A stretch of DNA of 64,000 nucleotides. It comes from a bacterium (GTDB lineage Bacteria > SAR324 > NAC60-12). Shown one piece after another: positions 41,342-50,235 of the stretch. Under the pieces are notes generated by a model. It was not told the origin of the DNA, did no database searches, and saw nothing but the letters and a program-made list of their open reading frames with translations. Location of the stretch: positions 96,001 to 160,000 of the forward strand of contig CBDBHR010000024.1 in the NCBI GenBank assembly GCA_965205865.1. The letters run 5' to 3'. Every line of letters starts with the position of its first letter. Position 1 is the stretch's first letter. The position numbers and the translations under genes were made by a program.

Positions 41342-42520
41342 GTGTATTGCCTGTTTAATACATTGTATTATTGGTCATTTGGTAGACAGGTTTGAGTTTG
41401 TTGATAATTTCTTCGGCAGTTTTAGTCCAGACATAGGGTTTTGGGTTGCGATTGTGTGTCTCGATGTAACTATGGATGGCTTCGGTCAACTCGAGCACGC
41501 TTTTGAAGGCGCCTCGTCGAATCCGTTCTGCAGTGATCTTGCCAAAAAAGCGTTCCACCATGTTCAGCCATGAGGAGGAAGTAGGAATGAAATGCGGGTG
41601 AAATCGCGGGTGTTTTTTGAGCCATTCTTTCACCTTAAGATGTTTGTGGGTGGCGTAATTGTCCAGGATCAAGTGTACCTGCAGTTGCTTCGAGGTAGTC
41701 TTGTCAATAAGACGCAGGAAGCGCAGATACTCTTGGTGTCGGTGCCGTTTTTCACAGCGAGCGAGCACTTCCCCTGTCTGCGTATTCAAAGCAGTAAACA
41801 GACAGCAGGTGCCATGACGGATATAATCATGAGTTCTGGTGCCATTGCGCCCTGGTTTCAGTGGCAGACCTGGCTGGGTGCGATCGAGTGCCTGGATTTG
41901 TGATTTCTCATCGACGCTCAAGACCAGCGCTTTCTCAGGAGGATTCATGTACAAACCGATGACATCTTTCAGTTTCGCAGTGAAATGCTTATCATGCGAC
42001 AACTTAAATGTTTTTTCCAGATGAGGCTTGAGGCGATGGGCCTTCCATACTTTACCGACGGTTGTCTTGCCTACGCCAACTGCCTTGGCCATCGATCGCG
42101 TGCTCCAATGGGTACGGTCCTCAGGCTTCTCTTCAATGGTTTTCTTCACAATCTCCTCGATTTTATCCGCTCCATAAATGCGTGTCCTGCCAGGCCGCGG
42201 ATCATCATTGAGACCTGTTATTCCTTTTTCAACAAAGCGCCGTCGCCACTTTCCAACGGCATTACCGCTGGTTCCAAGCGTTTTGGCAATTTCTTGATTC
42301 TTAAGGCCATCAGCAGCCAACAGGATGATGCGCGCACGACGAGTGTCTCGCATCGCTCCGGTATGACGGCGTGCGGTTTTGCCCAATTCATCCCGTTCTT
42401 CCCGGGTCAGTTTTATACTTGGTGCTTTTCTCATGCTGTCTCCATATATGCAAAAAAAAGGACAGCTCGTAGTATAGCAAACCAAGGATTTTTTTACACA
42501 TTAATAAAAGAGCGACACAC
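41342..42520 (-). mobile_element. IS630-family element
   Basis: TA duplicated (41340-41341, 42521-42522) in a CTAG context; the host gene frame is restored on removal. Confidence 0.9.
41355..42434 (-). CDS. IS630 family transposase
   Basis: VDEKSQIQALDR, HLILDNY and SSWLNMVERFF motifs. Confidence 0.95.
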   Translation of the reverse strand: MRKAPSIKLTREERDELGKTARRHTGAMRDTRRARIILLAADGLKNQEIAKTLGTSGNAVGKWRRRFVEKGITGLNDDPRPGRTRIYGADKIEEIVKKTIEEKPEDRTHWSTRSMAKAVGVGKTTVGKVWKAHRLKPHLEKTFKLSHDKHFTAKLKDVIGLYMNPPEKALVLSVDEKSQIQALDRTQPGLPLKPGRNGTRTHDYIRHGTCCLFTALNTQTGEVLARCEKRHRHQEYLRFLRLIDKTTSKQLQVHLILDNYATHKHLKVKEWLKKHPRFHPHFIPTSSSWLNMVERFFGKITAERIRRGAFKSVLELTEAIHSYIETHNRNPKPYVWTKTAEEIINKLKPVYQMTNNTMY

Positions 42521-43030
42521 TAGTGACTGAATCCAGTACGGAGAGTTTAGAAACTCAAATGGAAAAGGAGGCTCGTGCCATTGGGCGTATGGCACAAGGA
42601 GTGGATGCCAAAGAAGGCATTGCTGCATTTCTTGAAAAACGAAAGCCTGTTTTCCAAGGAAAATAAAAATCAGTATGCCTGAGAGCCGAGCCGTTCCAAT
42701 ATGTGGAAAACCCTGATTGTTTTTATTTCATTTTCAATAAAAAATGGCTTTCATTTACTAGGCTATCTGATTTTCACTGAATTCAATTGGATCTACGGAA
42801 TGAAGGACTCTCAAAAAAATTACGATTTTCCGAAAAATATTCTCATTACGGTAATAAGTGGAAATTTAGGCATGAAAAAAGTAATAAGGGGACGTTATTT
42901 CTATATTTTTTGTGTAATATCACAATAAGTGGACAATATGTCCATCCATAATGTAATACCATGGACAAACGTCTACTTATTGCACTGTTCTATTTACAAA
43001 ACTAACACGTAAAGAAGATAGGAAACCCAC

Positions 43031-43336
43031 ATGCCCAAGCTATATGAATATTTTGGAATCACTATCTTTTTTTATTCTAATGAACACGAACCTATTCATG
43101 TCCATGGCCGTCATCAAGGAAAAGAAAGCAAAGCAGAAATTCTAGTTGAGGAAGGAGAAATCATCGAAATACGAATTACAACGGTTCCTGGTAAGAAACC
43201 GCTAGAATCTTCTCAATTCTCTGATTTCAGAATCTTTGTCGAACATTATGCTGAGGAGATTATCCAAAGATGGGTAGATTATTTTGTATACAATCGAAAA
43301 ATGGTATCTGAACGAATTATGACGAGGATCAGATGA
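43031..43336 (+). CDS. DUF4160 family protein
   Basis: MPKL...FYSNEHEPIHVH motif. Confidence 0.85.
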   Translation: MPKLYEYFGITIFFYSNEHEPIHVHGRHQGKESKAEILVEEGEIIEIRITTVPGKKPLESSQFSDFRIFVEHYAEEIIQRWVDYFVYNRKMVSERIMTRIR

Positions 43337-43593
43337 CAGAGGTAATGGATCAAATCATTGATATTCATCAAGTCGACTATATTGAGAAATACAAACTCAA
43401 AATTACATTTAGTGATGGAAAAGAACAAATGGTCGATTTTGGGCCCTTTCTTAAAAAATCAAAACATCCGGATATACAAAAATATTTGGAGATAGAGAAA
43501 TTTAAAAAATTTTCTATTATAGAAGGAAATCTTGATTGGAATGATTACGAACTATGCTTTCCAACTATAGATCTATATAGAGGACAAATTTAA
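43333..43593 (+). CDS. DUF2442 family protein
   Basis: YKLKITFSDG..VDF and GNLDW motifs; ATGA overlap with DUF4160. Confidence 0.85.
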   Translation: MTEVMDQIIDIHQVDYIEKYKLKITFSDGKEQMVDFGPFLKKSKHPDIQKYLEIEKFKKFSIIEGNLDWNDYELCFPTIDLYRGQI

Positions 43594-43594
43594 A

Positions 43595-43673
43595 ATAGAA
43601 CAAGTCTTTTAGCTGATCATTTGGGGCGCCGCTACGCTCTACCCCAAGCCAATATCTCAATTCTGCGTTCGAT
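43595..43673 (+). other. attC site 1
   Basis: ATAGAAC...TTGGGG/CCCCAA stem...GTTCGAT. Confidence 0.75.
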
Positions 43674-43758
43674 TCAAAATAATATTCTGACTTTCATCCT
43701 CTTCATTAAATCTACTTTTGCAGATCGAGACACTGCTTTTATTCAACACTAAAGGAAA

Positions 43759-44376
43759 ATGAAAAGAATGAACACAGTAAATAAACAATTTAAGACTTTC
43801 GATCCTAAACCTTCATTAAAATATGCTTTATTGCTTTTAGCGGAAGCAAGAATCAAAAAATTTGCATTGATCGGAAAATTAGCAATGTGGGTCCATTTGG
43901 AAGATGAAAGCCAACATCAATATACGAAAGACGTAGATTTCGCAATCATACTTAGCGATACAAAAAAGATTGAGGAGCTCGTCAATAGTAAAAATTTGAA
44001 TTTCAAGCAGTTGCAAATAGGAGGCATTGGTTTGAGAGAACAAGGAATAAATATAGATTTTATTGACAGACGTTTACATGGGGTGACATCCCTATTCAAT
44101 GAGGCGATAGAAAACACGTCTACAGAAGTTTCTGTTGAAGAGGAAACTATTCCCGTTGTTTCCTTAGAATATCTGGTTGCAATGAAAGCTGTTTCAGGTG
44201 AACCTAAAGATGATAATGATTTAAGAATATTACTGAGTCTAGAGAAACTAAATTATGCAAAAGCAAAAGAGATAGTAGTCAAGCATCTAGGACCAATTAC
44301 AGGTGAGCGATTAGATGTTTTTGCTAGAACCGCTAATATCTTACCCAAAAGAGGACCATATAATTATGGGCAGTAG
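43759..44376 (+). CDS. Putative nucleotidyltransferase (AbiEii/DUF6036-like fold)
   Basis: LIG..A, TKDVDF, LVAMK and KD..D motifs. Confidence 0.7.
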   Translation: MKRMNTVNKQFKTFDPKPSLKYALLLLAEARIKKFALIGKLAMWVHLEDESQHQYTKDVDFAIILSDTKKIEELVNSKNLNFKQLQIGGIGLREQGINIDFIDRRLHGVTSLFNEAIENTSTEVSVEEETIPVVSLEYLVAMKAVSGEPKDDNDLRILLSLEKLNYAKAKEIVVKHLGPITGERLDVFARTANILPKRGPYNYGQ

Positions 44377-44402
44377 CCTTTGAGCTTTCAGTTCTGAACA
44401 AA

Positions 44403-44528
44403 ATCGAACAAGCGGATTGAGGCTATTTGTGGGGTGCGTTTTTTTGACAATGTTTTCGGCAGAGACAAATATTCCGCTTTTTCACAATTTAGGGCATCTC
44501 CACAAAATCCTCATCCTAAACGTTCTGT
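44403..44528 (+). other. attC site 2
   Basis: ATCGAAC...TGAGG.TATTTGTGGGGTGC / GCATCTCCACAAAATCCTCA...GTTCTGT. Confidence 0.85.
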
Positions 44529-44623
44529 CAAAGCATTCCCTCATATATTCAAACCTTATTAGATCTTAAATTTCCTCAAGAAACGTATTGCTATTATACA
44601 TACAATAAGATACTCTTTCATTT

Positions 44624-44921
44624 ATGCAAATCAATTACACTTATCAAGACATCAGCTTTCAATGGGACAGTCAAAAAAGCTTCGACTAATTTGAAAGGTT
44701 ACAATGTTTCTTTTGAAGAAGCTTGTGAAGCTTTTCTTGATCCATTTGTCCAGGTTATTAGCATTCATCAAGGTAGTGGGGAAACAAGAGAAGCAATTTT
44801 AGGGATGACTACCAATTGAAAACTTCTGTATGTCGCTTATACGGTAAAATCAGATGAAATATTTTGTATTATTTCCGCAAGAAAAGCAACGGGGCTAGAA
44901 AGGTTGAATTATGAAGAATAG
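44624..44921 (+). pseudogene. brnT: BrnT family toxin, frameshift plus internal TGA
   Basis: FQWDSQK / VSFEEACEAFLDPF...IISARKA. Confidence 0.8.
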
Positions 44922-45192
44922 TGATTTGAAAAAAAGACTTCAAAAAGAACGACCCATGACATCTGTCACAATACGCATACCTCAAGATGTAATAGAAGAC
45001 TTGAAATCTGTTGCACCACAATTAGGTTTTTCCGGATATCAACCATTGATCAGAGCATATATTGGGCAAGGTCTTCGTCAAGATTTAGCAAGACTACAAG
45101 CAAAACCAGACATTAGATCCTTTATAGATCGATTAAAAAAACATGGAGTTGATGAAGATATTATCAATGAAGCAATAGCTGAAACTCAATAG
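44911..45192 (+). CDS. Ribbon-helix-helix antitoxin (BrnA-like)
   Basis: VTIRIP..V and GYQPLIRAYI motifs; overlaps the BrnT end. Confidence 0.75.
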   Translation: MKNSDLKKRLQKERPMTSVTIRIPQDVIEDLKSVAPQLGFSGYQPLIRAYIGQGLRQDLARLQAKPDIRSFIDRLKKHGVDEDIINEAIAETQ

Positions 45193-45211
45193 AGTGAAGA
45201 AGATTAATATG

Positions 45212-45334
45212 ACAGAACAAGTCGTTGCTCCCGATTTTCACCATTGCCGCTTACGTTGCAAAGAGCAACATAAAGCTATAATTTTTGTGCTTCCTCAAAA
45301 GAGATGGTGAAAACGGGAGAACTCAACGTTAAGC
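45212..45334 (+). other. attC site 3
   Basis: ACAGAAC...CTCCCGATTTTCACCAT / ATGGTGAAAACGGGAG...GTTAAGC. Confidence 0.88.
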
Positions 45335-45374
45335 CTCTAGATTCATCATAGATAAACCGTGAAACTTTTTTAAC

Positions 45375-45403
45375 TTGACTAGTACATCGTTTGTGCATAC
45401 GTT
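45375..45403 (+). promoter_or_regulatory. Cassette-internal TA promoter, probably leaderless
   Basis: TTGACT-17 bp-TACGTT, ending 6 bp before the BrnT frame. Confidence 0.5.
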
Positions 45404-45409
45404 TTATAT

Positions 45410-45688
45410 ATAGGATACATTTGGGATGTAAATAAAGCAGCAATCACGTTAAAAGAACGCAATATTGATTTTGCTGATTGCGTTGGCGTATTTGAAGATG
45501 ACCATAGTCTATACATAGAAGATTTATTTCCCTCTTACGGAGAAGAGCGGTTTATAGCAATAGGTATGGATTTTTTGGGTCGTATCCTCACTGTGGCTTA
45601 CACGTATCGGGACGAAGATATTCATATTATCTCTGCTCGAAAAGCTAGCACAAATGAACGGATGGCATATGAACAACAAGAAAGATGA
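45410..45688 (+). pseudogene. brnT: BrnT family toxin with ATA in place of the start codon
   Basis: Open frame (I)GYIWDVNKA...IDFAD...GEERFIAIG...IISARKA. Confidence 0.75.
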
Positions 45689-45947
45689 AATGAAACCAGA
45701 GTATGATTTTTCTCAAGCGAAACAAGGGCCAATCGCAGTTTCCCCGACTGGAAAAACACGAATTACCATCCAAATTGATACAGATATATTAAATTGGTTT
45801 AAAAGCCAAGTACACCAGGCTGGAGGAGGAAATTATCAAACGTTGATCAACTTAGCTCTTCATGAGCATGTCCAAAGTCAACAAGAACCTTTAGAAGAGA
45901 CTCTAAGAAGAGTTATTCGGGAAGAGATGAAGCAAATTTCTAGCTAA
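45669..45947 (+). CDS. brnA: BrnA family antitoxin
   Basis: MKPEYDFS, RITIQID.DIL.WF and GNYQTLINLAL motifs. Confidence 0.88.
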   Translation: MNNKKDEMKPEYDFSQAKQGPIAVSPTGKTRITIQIDTDILNWFKSQVHQAGGGNYQTLINLALHEHVQSQQEPLEETLRRVIREEMKQISS

Positions 45948-46808
45948 ACCCACGACGAAATCATCCGCATAGCGAATGATGTAAACTTCCCCCCGAGCTT
46001 CCCGCCTTCTCCATTGATTGACCCATAGATCTAAAACATAGTGCAGGTAGATATTTGAATAGATTGGAGAAACTACCGAACCTTGTGGTGTTCCGACCAC
46101 CGTTTCAGACCACTTCCCCTCTTCGATGACTCCGGCGCGCAACGTTTTCTCTACTAAACGCAGAATCCTTTTGTCGGAGATTCGATGCTCGATAAATTTC
46201 AGCATCCAATCATGCTGAATTGTGTCGAAAAATCCTTGAATATCCGCATCTAAGATGTAGCTCACTTTCCGTTGGGTAATGACCACATACAAAGCGTCTA
46301 AGGCTTGATGTTGGCTTCGTCCGGGTCGGAACCCGTAACTAAACCCAAGGAAATCCTCCTCATAGATCGATTCCAACGTCCAAACAAGGGCTTGTTGTAC
46401 GATCTTGTCTTCAAGTGCGGCTATTCCGATTGGCCTTTGACGGCCATCCGGTTTAGGAACCCACACTCGCAGAGAAGGGTGAGGACGATAACGTTCTTGG
46501 TGGATCCTCCCGTGCAGATCGTTAATCCGCTCCAGGAGATTTATGCCATACTCATTCCAGGTCTCCTCGTCCACTCCCGCCGCTGAGTTGCGATTGAGAT
46601 CAAAGTAAGCTCTCCGCAGTAAGTCAGGGTTGATGTGATGAAAGAGATTGTTGAATTGAAGATGGGGGTTCCTCTTCGCCCTTTGGCGCACCCTGCTTAA
46701 ACCGCTCTCTGATTTTACCGGCCTCTGAGTTCCGAACACAGGAGGGCAAGCAGAATTCCTCTCAGCCAAGTCCCTTTGCTCCACAGGCTCCGTTGATTTC
46801 CTTTGCAT
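45946..46808 (-). pseudogene. ltrA: Group II intron reverse transcriptase, N-terminal part
   Basis: FNNLFHHI, PKPDGRQRPIGI, SYGFRPGRS, GTPQG and RYADDFV motifs. Confidence 0.92.
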
Positions 46809-47248
46809 TGTTACTCTCTACAAATGATCTCATTGTTCGCCGCTTCATCGCTACTACGAACTTGTCCGACTTCCTGAAGACGTAGATATCGGGGTTATTT
46901 ATTAATTTTCCCGATCCGACTACCAATGGAATGTTGACAGTCGTCTTCAGGATCTCCCAGGTTCCGCTCAAGAAACTTCCACACATGCACCGGGTCTTCG
47001 ACTCCGCCAGGCTCGACCGGGACTCACGCTAACGCCTTCGGTTGATGTTGCCTTCCCCACCAGACTACAAGGTCAGCACCTGAAACTATGATTTCGGAGC
47101 TCAATACCGAGCCTATGTTCTCCCCTGTCAACGCTTAGCGCCTATCCTTGCGAATAACCACTCATGACTCGGGGACTCGGCGGGTCGTTACTGCCTTACC
47201 GAGTAAGAGACTTTCACTCTCTATTTCTTGCCAGCTTTCCTGGCGCAC
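45946..47248 (-). mobile_element. Group II intron, 5' part only
   Basis: Minus-strand start GTGCGCCAGG at 47248, structured leader, RT ORF truncated just after YADD. Confidence 0.85.
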
Positions 47249-47271
47249 AGCCTGACCCTCTTCCCTAAATT

Positions 47272-47844
47272 TTATGCCTCAAAAGTCACTTTCGTATAAA
47301 ACTCATCGATGTGGATTTTGAAATCAATAGAGGGCAAGAGAACCTCTCCCCCAATATAGGTTTGAATAATCCATTTCAAATCACTTTCTTCTGATTTTCG
47401 GTAGACATCCACCCGTTTCAAATATTGATCTACCAAAACATAATCTTCCAATGAATTTAATGTTTGATATTTTCTAAATTTATCAATTTGGTCATACCGA
47501 GCTGTGGATTTAGAGAGCACTTTTACAATCAATTTGGGATGTGCAATATATTGATCACTCGATTCATTCATACAGGTTACCGAGGCATCTGGATAAACAT
47601 AATCTTGGTGGTTTTCATCAATTATTTTGATTTTCATATCAGAGCCATGGAGCACACAAGGGGATGATTTTAGATGATTCCCTAACATAATAATTAGATT
47701 GGTTGTAATAATTGAATGGTTCCGGCTCGCTCCTGCCATGGCATAAACCTCACCATTGTAGAATTCATGTCTAAGATGAGAGCGTTTTTCCAGTCCGAAG
47801 TATTCATCAACTGTATAATGCTTAATTAATTTTCTTGCCAACAT
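47272..47844 (-). CDS. Uma2 family nuclease
   Basis: HEFYNGEVYAMAGAS, YPD and VLSKST..YD motifs; the catalytic E appears replaced by K. Confidence 0.85.
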   Translation of the reverse strand: MLARKLIKHYTVDEYFGLEKRSHLRHEFYNGEVYAMAGASRNHSIITTNLIIMLGNHLKSSPCVLHGSDMKIKIIDENHQDYVYPDASVTCMNESSDQYIAHPKLIVKVLSKSTARYDQIDKFRKYQTLNSLEDYVLVDQYLKRVDVYRKSEESDLKWIIQTYIGGEVLLPSIDFKIHIDEFYTKVTFEA

Positions 47845-48217
47845 CAGTGATTTTACCCCTTAGAAAGGTGCCTATAATGTTAATAACATTCAACTCGATA
47901 ACCATAGGGTCATACTCGAAGAGTATGAGGATCATAAAGAGGATCCTCGCGCAAAGCATGTATTAAAACGATTTGTTTTAGTATATTTACATTTAGCAGA
48001 TTGAACAAAGTAACGCAATGCATGGTCTCTCCCTGCACACCAAATCGAGCATGTTCGCTTTATGAAAAAATGAGACTAGCACTATCCAAAGGCCCAATAA
48101 ATTGTTTTGCTCCAAGACAATCTCTAGGTTCACAAATGAAGGAATCCATTGCAAACAATTAGTAACTGTCCCCAGATTCAATTAGTAACTGTCTCCAGAT
48201 TCACGTATTGAGCTTTT

Positions 48218-49006
48218 TTAGTTTCCTTTAAAAATTGGATTTCTTTTTTCAAGGACTGCTTGTAGGCCTTCGTCGCTGTCTTCTGTATTCCGAGAGAGAA
48301 TATTCTGATCGACATCCATGTGCATGATTGCCCGATCCAAAGCAGAGCTGATCATATTGATGCTCTGTTTGATCATCTGAGTGGGAATGGGCGGTTGGTG
48401 GGCGTATTCATCGGCCAATTGTAAGGCCTTTTCCATCAATTGTTCACATGGCACCATCTCGTCCAGCATTCCCCAATCTAGCAACGTTTGTGCTTTTTCA
48501 TGATTGCCCAGCATGACCATTCGCTTTGCTCGGGCCGGTCCAATCAAATGCACACACAATGGCAACCCCACCCACATCAAGTTGATGCCCAAGTTGACTT
48601 CAGGGTATCCAAAAAAGCAATCTTCCGAGCCAATCCGAAAATCACAAGCCGTCGGAATACAGGCACCTCCCCCCAAAGCCGCTCCTTAAACTGCGGCAAT
48701 GGTGACTTGATTGATTTCAAAAATACTCCTCAACATTCTTCCGCCCAGTCCAGTTTCACGGCGCTTCAACAACAAAGAAGGTTGTTCTTTAGGTGGAGGT
48801 TCTTTAAAATCCCAACCGGCACAGAAATGTTTTCCGGCTGCCGCAAACACCACAACACGGGTTTCTTCATCATATAAAAAGCTTTTGGACACATGTTCAA
48901 TTTCTTCCATGAATCCTCGATTCAACGCGTTGGCACTTTCTGGTCGATTGAACGTCACGATGCTGATATGCCCTTGACGTTCTTTTGTTAAATATTGATA
49001 GTCCAT
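48218..49006 (-). pseudogene. Enoyl-CoA hydratase/isomerase with in-frame stop at 48686-48688
   Basis: TIAAV*GAALGGG; both halves in the same frame. Confidence 0.85.
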
Positions 49007-49310
49007 AAGAGTTTCTCCCGTAAACGAAATGAATGATGGATTTTGAATTTCTTTGAATACTGAATTATTGAGGTTTTGTCCATATTTATGCACATAACTC
49101 TGCCTCTGAATTCAACGAGAAAGCGGCAACATTTTTAGAAAAAATAAGGATTTTCTAATTCACACCGCAGCGGCGCCGAGCGATGATACAGACAAAGTTG
49201 AAACAACCGTCGATGCTGAATGACAAAAATGGAAATTGCTGTCCTCTACACAATGTGTTATTCTGTTGAAAAGACGACAATTTTTACCTCTCCTTCCCAT
49301 CGAGGACATC

Positions 49311-50096
49311 ATGACTTCTTTAGAATCCGTCAAAAACCACTCCTCTGCAAGACGGTTGCCTCCCTCTGCCAAGGAGCCCCTTATGGTCAGTGAGGCCGAG
49401 TATTGGAAGATGTATTACGAACACCCGGATGTTCAATATGAATGGAACAATGGCCTCTTGGAGGAAAAACCTATGCCCGATTTTCTAAGCATCTCCCTCT
49501 ATCAATGGTTCCTCCACTTATTAAAAGAGTATTTGACTGTCTTTCCTATCGGACGGATGATGGTATTAGAAATGGGCTTTCGTTTGGAGCTGGGAAAGAA
49601 AAAGGTGAGTATTCGCAAACCGGATTTGGCCGTGATTCTCCACTCCAATCCTGTCGAGGCCAAACCGTTGGATCGTTCGTTTCATGGTGTGTGTGACCTC
49701 TGTATAGAGTTTTTATCCGACTCGACTCCCGCGGAGGTAGAACGGGATACGGTCCACAAAAAAGAAGAATACGCCAAAGCAGGGGTGGCGGAATATTATA
49801 TTTTAGACCGTTTGCGCATGCGCACCACCTTCTATTTTCTCAATGAGCAGGGGGTTTATGAAAGGATGAAGCATCAAGAGCCCGGTGTGATTCATTCCCG
49901 GGTTTTGGATCGGTTCGCTTTTCGTCTGGAAGATTTAAAAAAACAGGTGGCCTTTGAAAGATTAATTGAGGATCCTCTCTACCAACCCTTCCTCCTGAAA
50001 AGCTTCCAACAAGAGCGACAACAAAAAGAAGAAGCGCTTGCGGAAGTCGAACGGCTCCGTGCACTCCTCCAGGATAAAGATTCCGATCCCCGCTAA
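49311..50096 (+). CDS. Uma2 family nuclease with coiled-coil tail
   Basis: YEWNNGLLEE, RKPD, IEFLS and YAKAGVAEYYILD motifs. Confidence 0.85.
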   Translation: MTSLESVKNHSSARRLPPSAKEPLMVSEAEYWKMYYEHPDVQYEWNNGLLEEKPMPDFLSISLYQWFLHLLKEYLTVFPIGRMMVLEMGFRLELGKKKVSIRKPDLAVILHSNPVEAKPLDRSFHGVCDLCIEFLSDSTPAEVERDTVHKKEEYAKAGVAEYYILDRLRMRTTFYFLNEQGVYERMKHQEPGVIHSRVLDRFAFRLEDLKKQVAFERLIEDPLYQPFLLKSFQQERQQKEEALAEVERLRALLQDKDSDPR

Positions 50097-50235
50097 AATC
50101 GGGTCTGCTTTTAGTGATTGATTTTCGTAACTGTCCCCGGATTTTCGTCAGCCGTCGTAGAATGACATGGAGTGCAGACCCCGCAGGAGGCATTCTCGAT
50201 CCGAGGCGATGCGTTCCATCGCAGCGGGATCTTCC

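Larger units (their letters stand above)
40698..42666 (+). pseudogene. Enoyl-CoA hydratase/isomerase, frameshifted (~40790) and split by IS630
   Basis: ITLNRPNNANALN and FCAGGDL; 3' part VTESS...EGIAAFLEKRKPVF at 42523-42666. Confidence 0.88.
42987..45949 (+). mobile_element. Integron gene-cassette array without adjacent integrase (4 cassettes)
   Basis: Each of the first three cassettes starts with a GTT core exactly complementary (8-9 bp) to the inverse core after its gene(s). Confidence 0.85.

Noticed and set aside
35830-46808. The two RT fragments as halves of one split intron
   Set aside because: They overlap in the same RT motifs with different sequences (DLWFEK vs DLWVNQ), so they derive from different introns.
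45903-46808. Retron, DGR or defence-associated RT
   Set aside because: A GTGCG 5' end and intron-type RT0 motifs indicate a group II intron; the ORF tail past 45946 is read-through.
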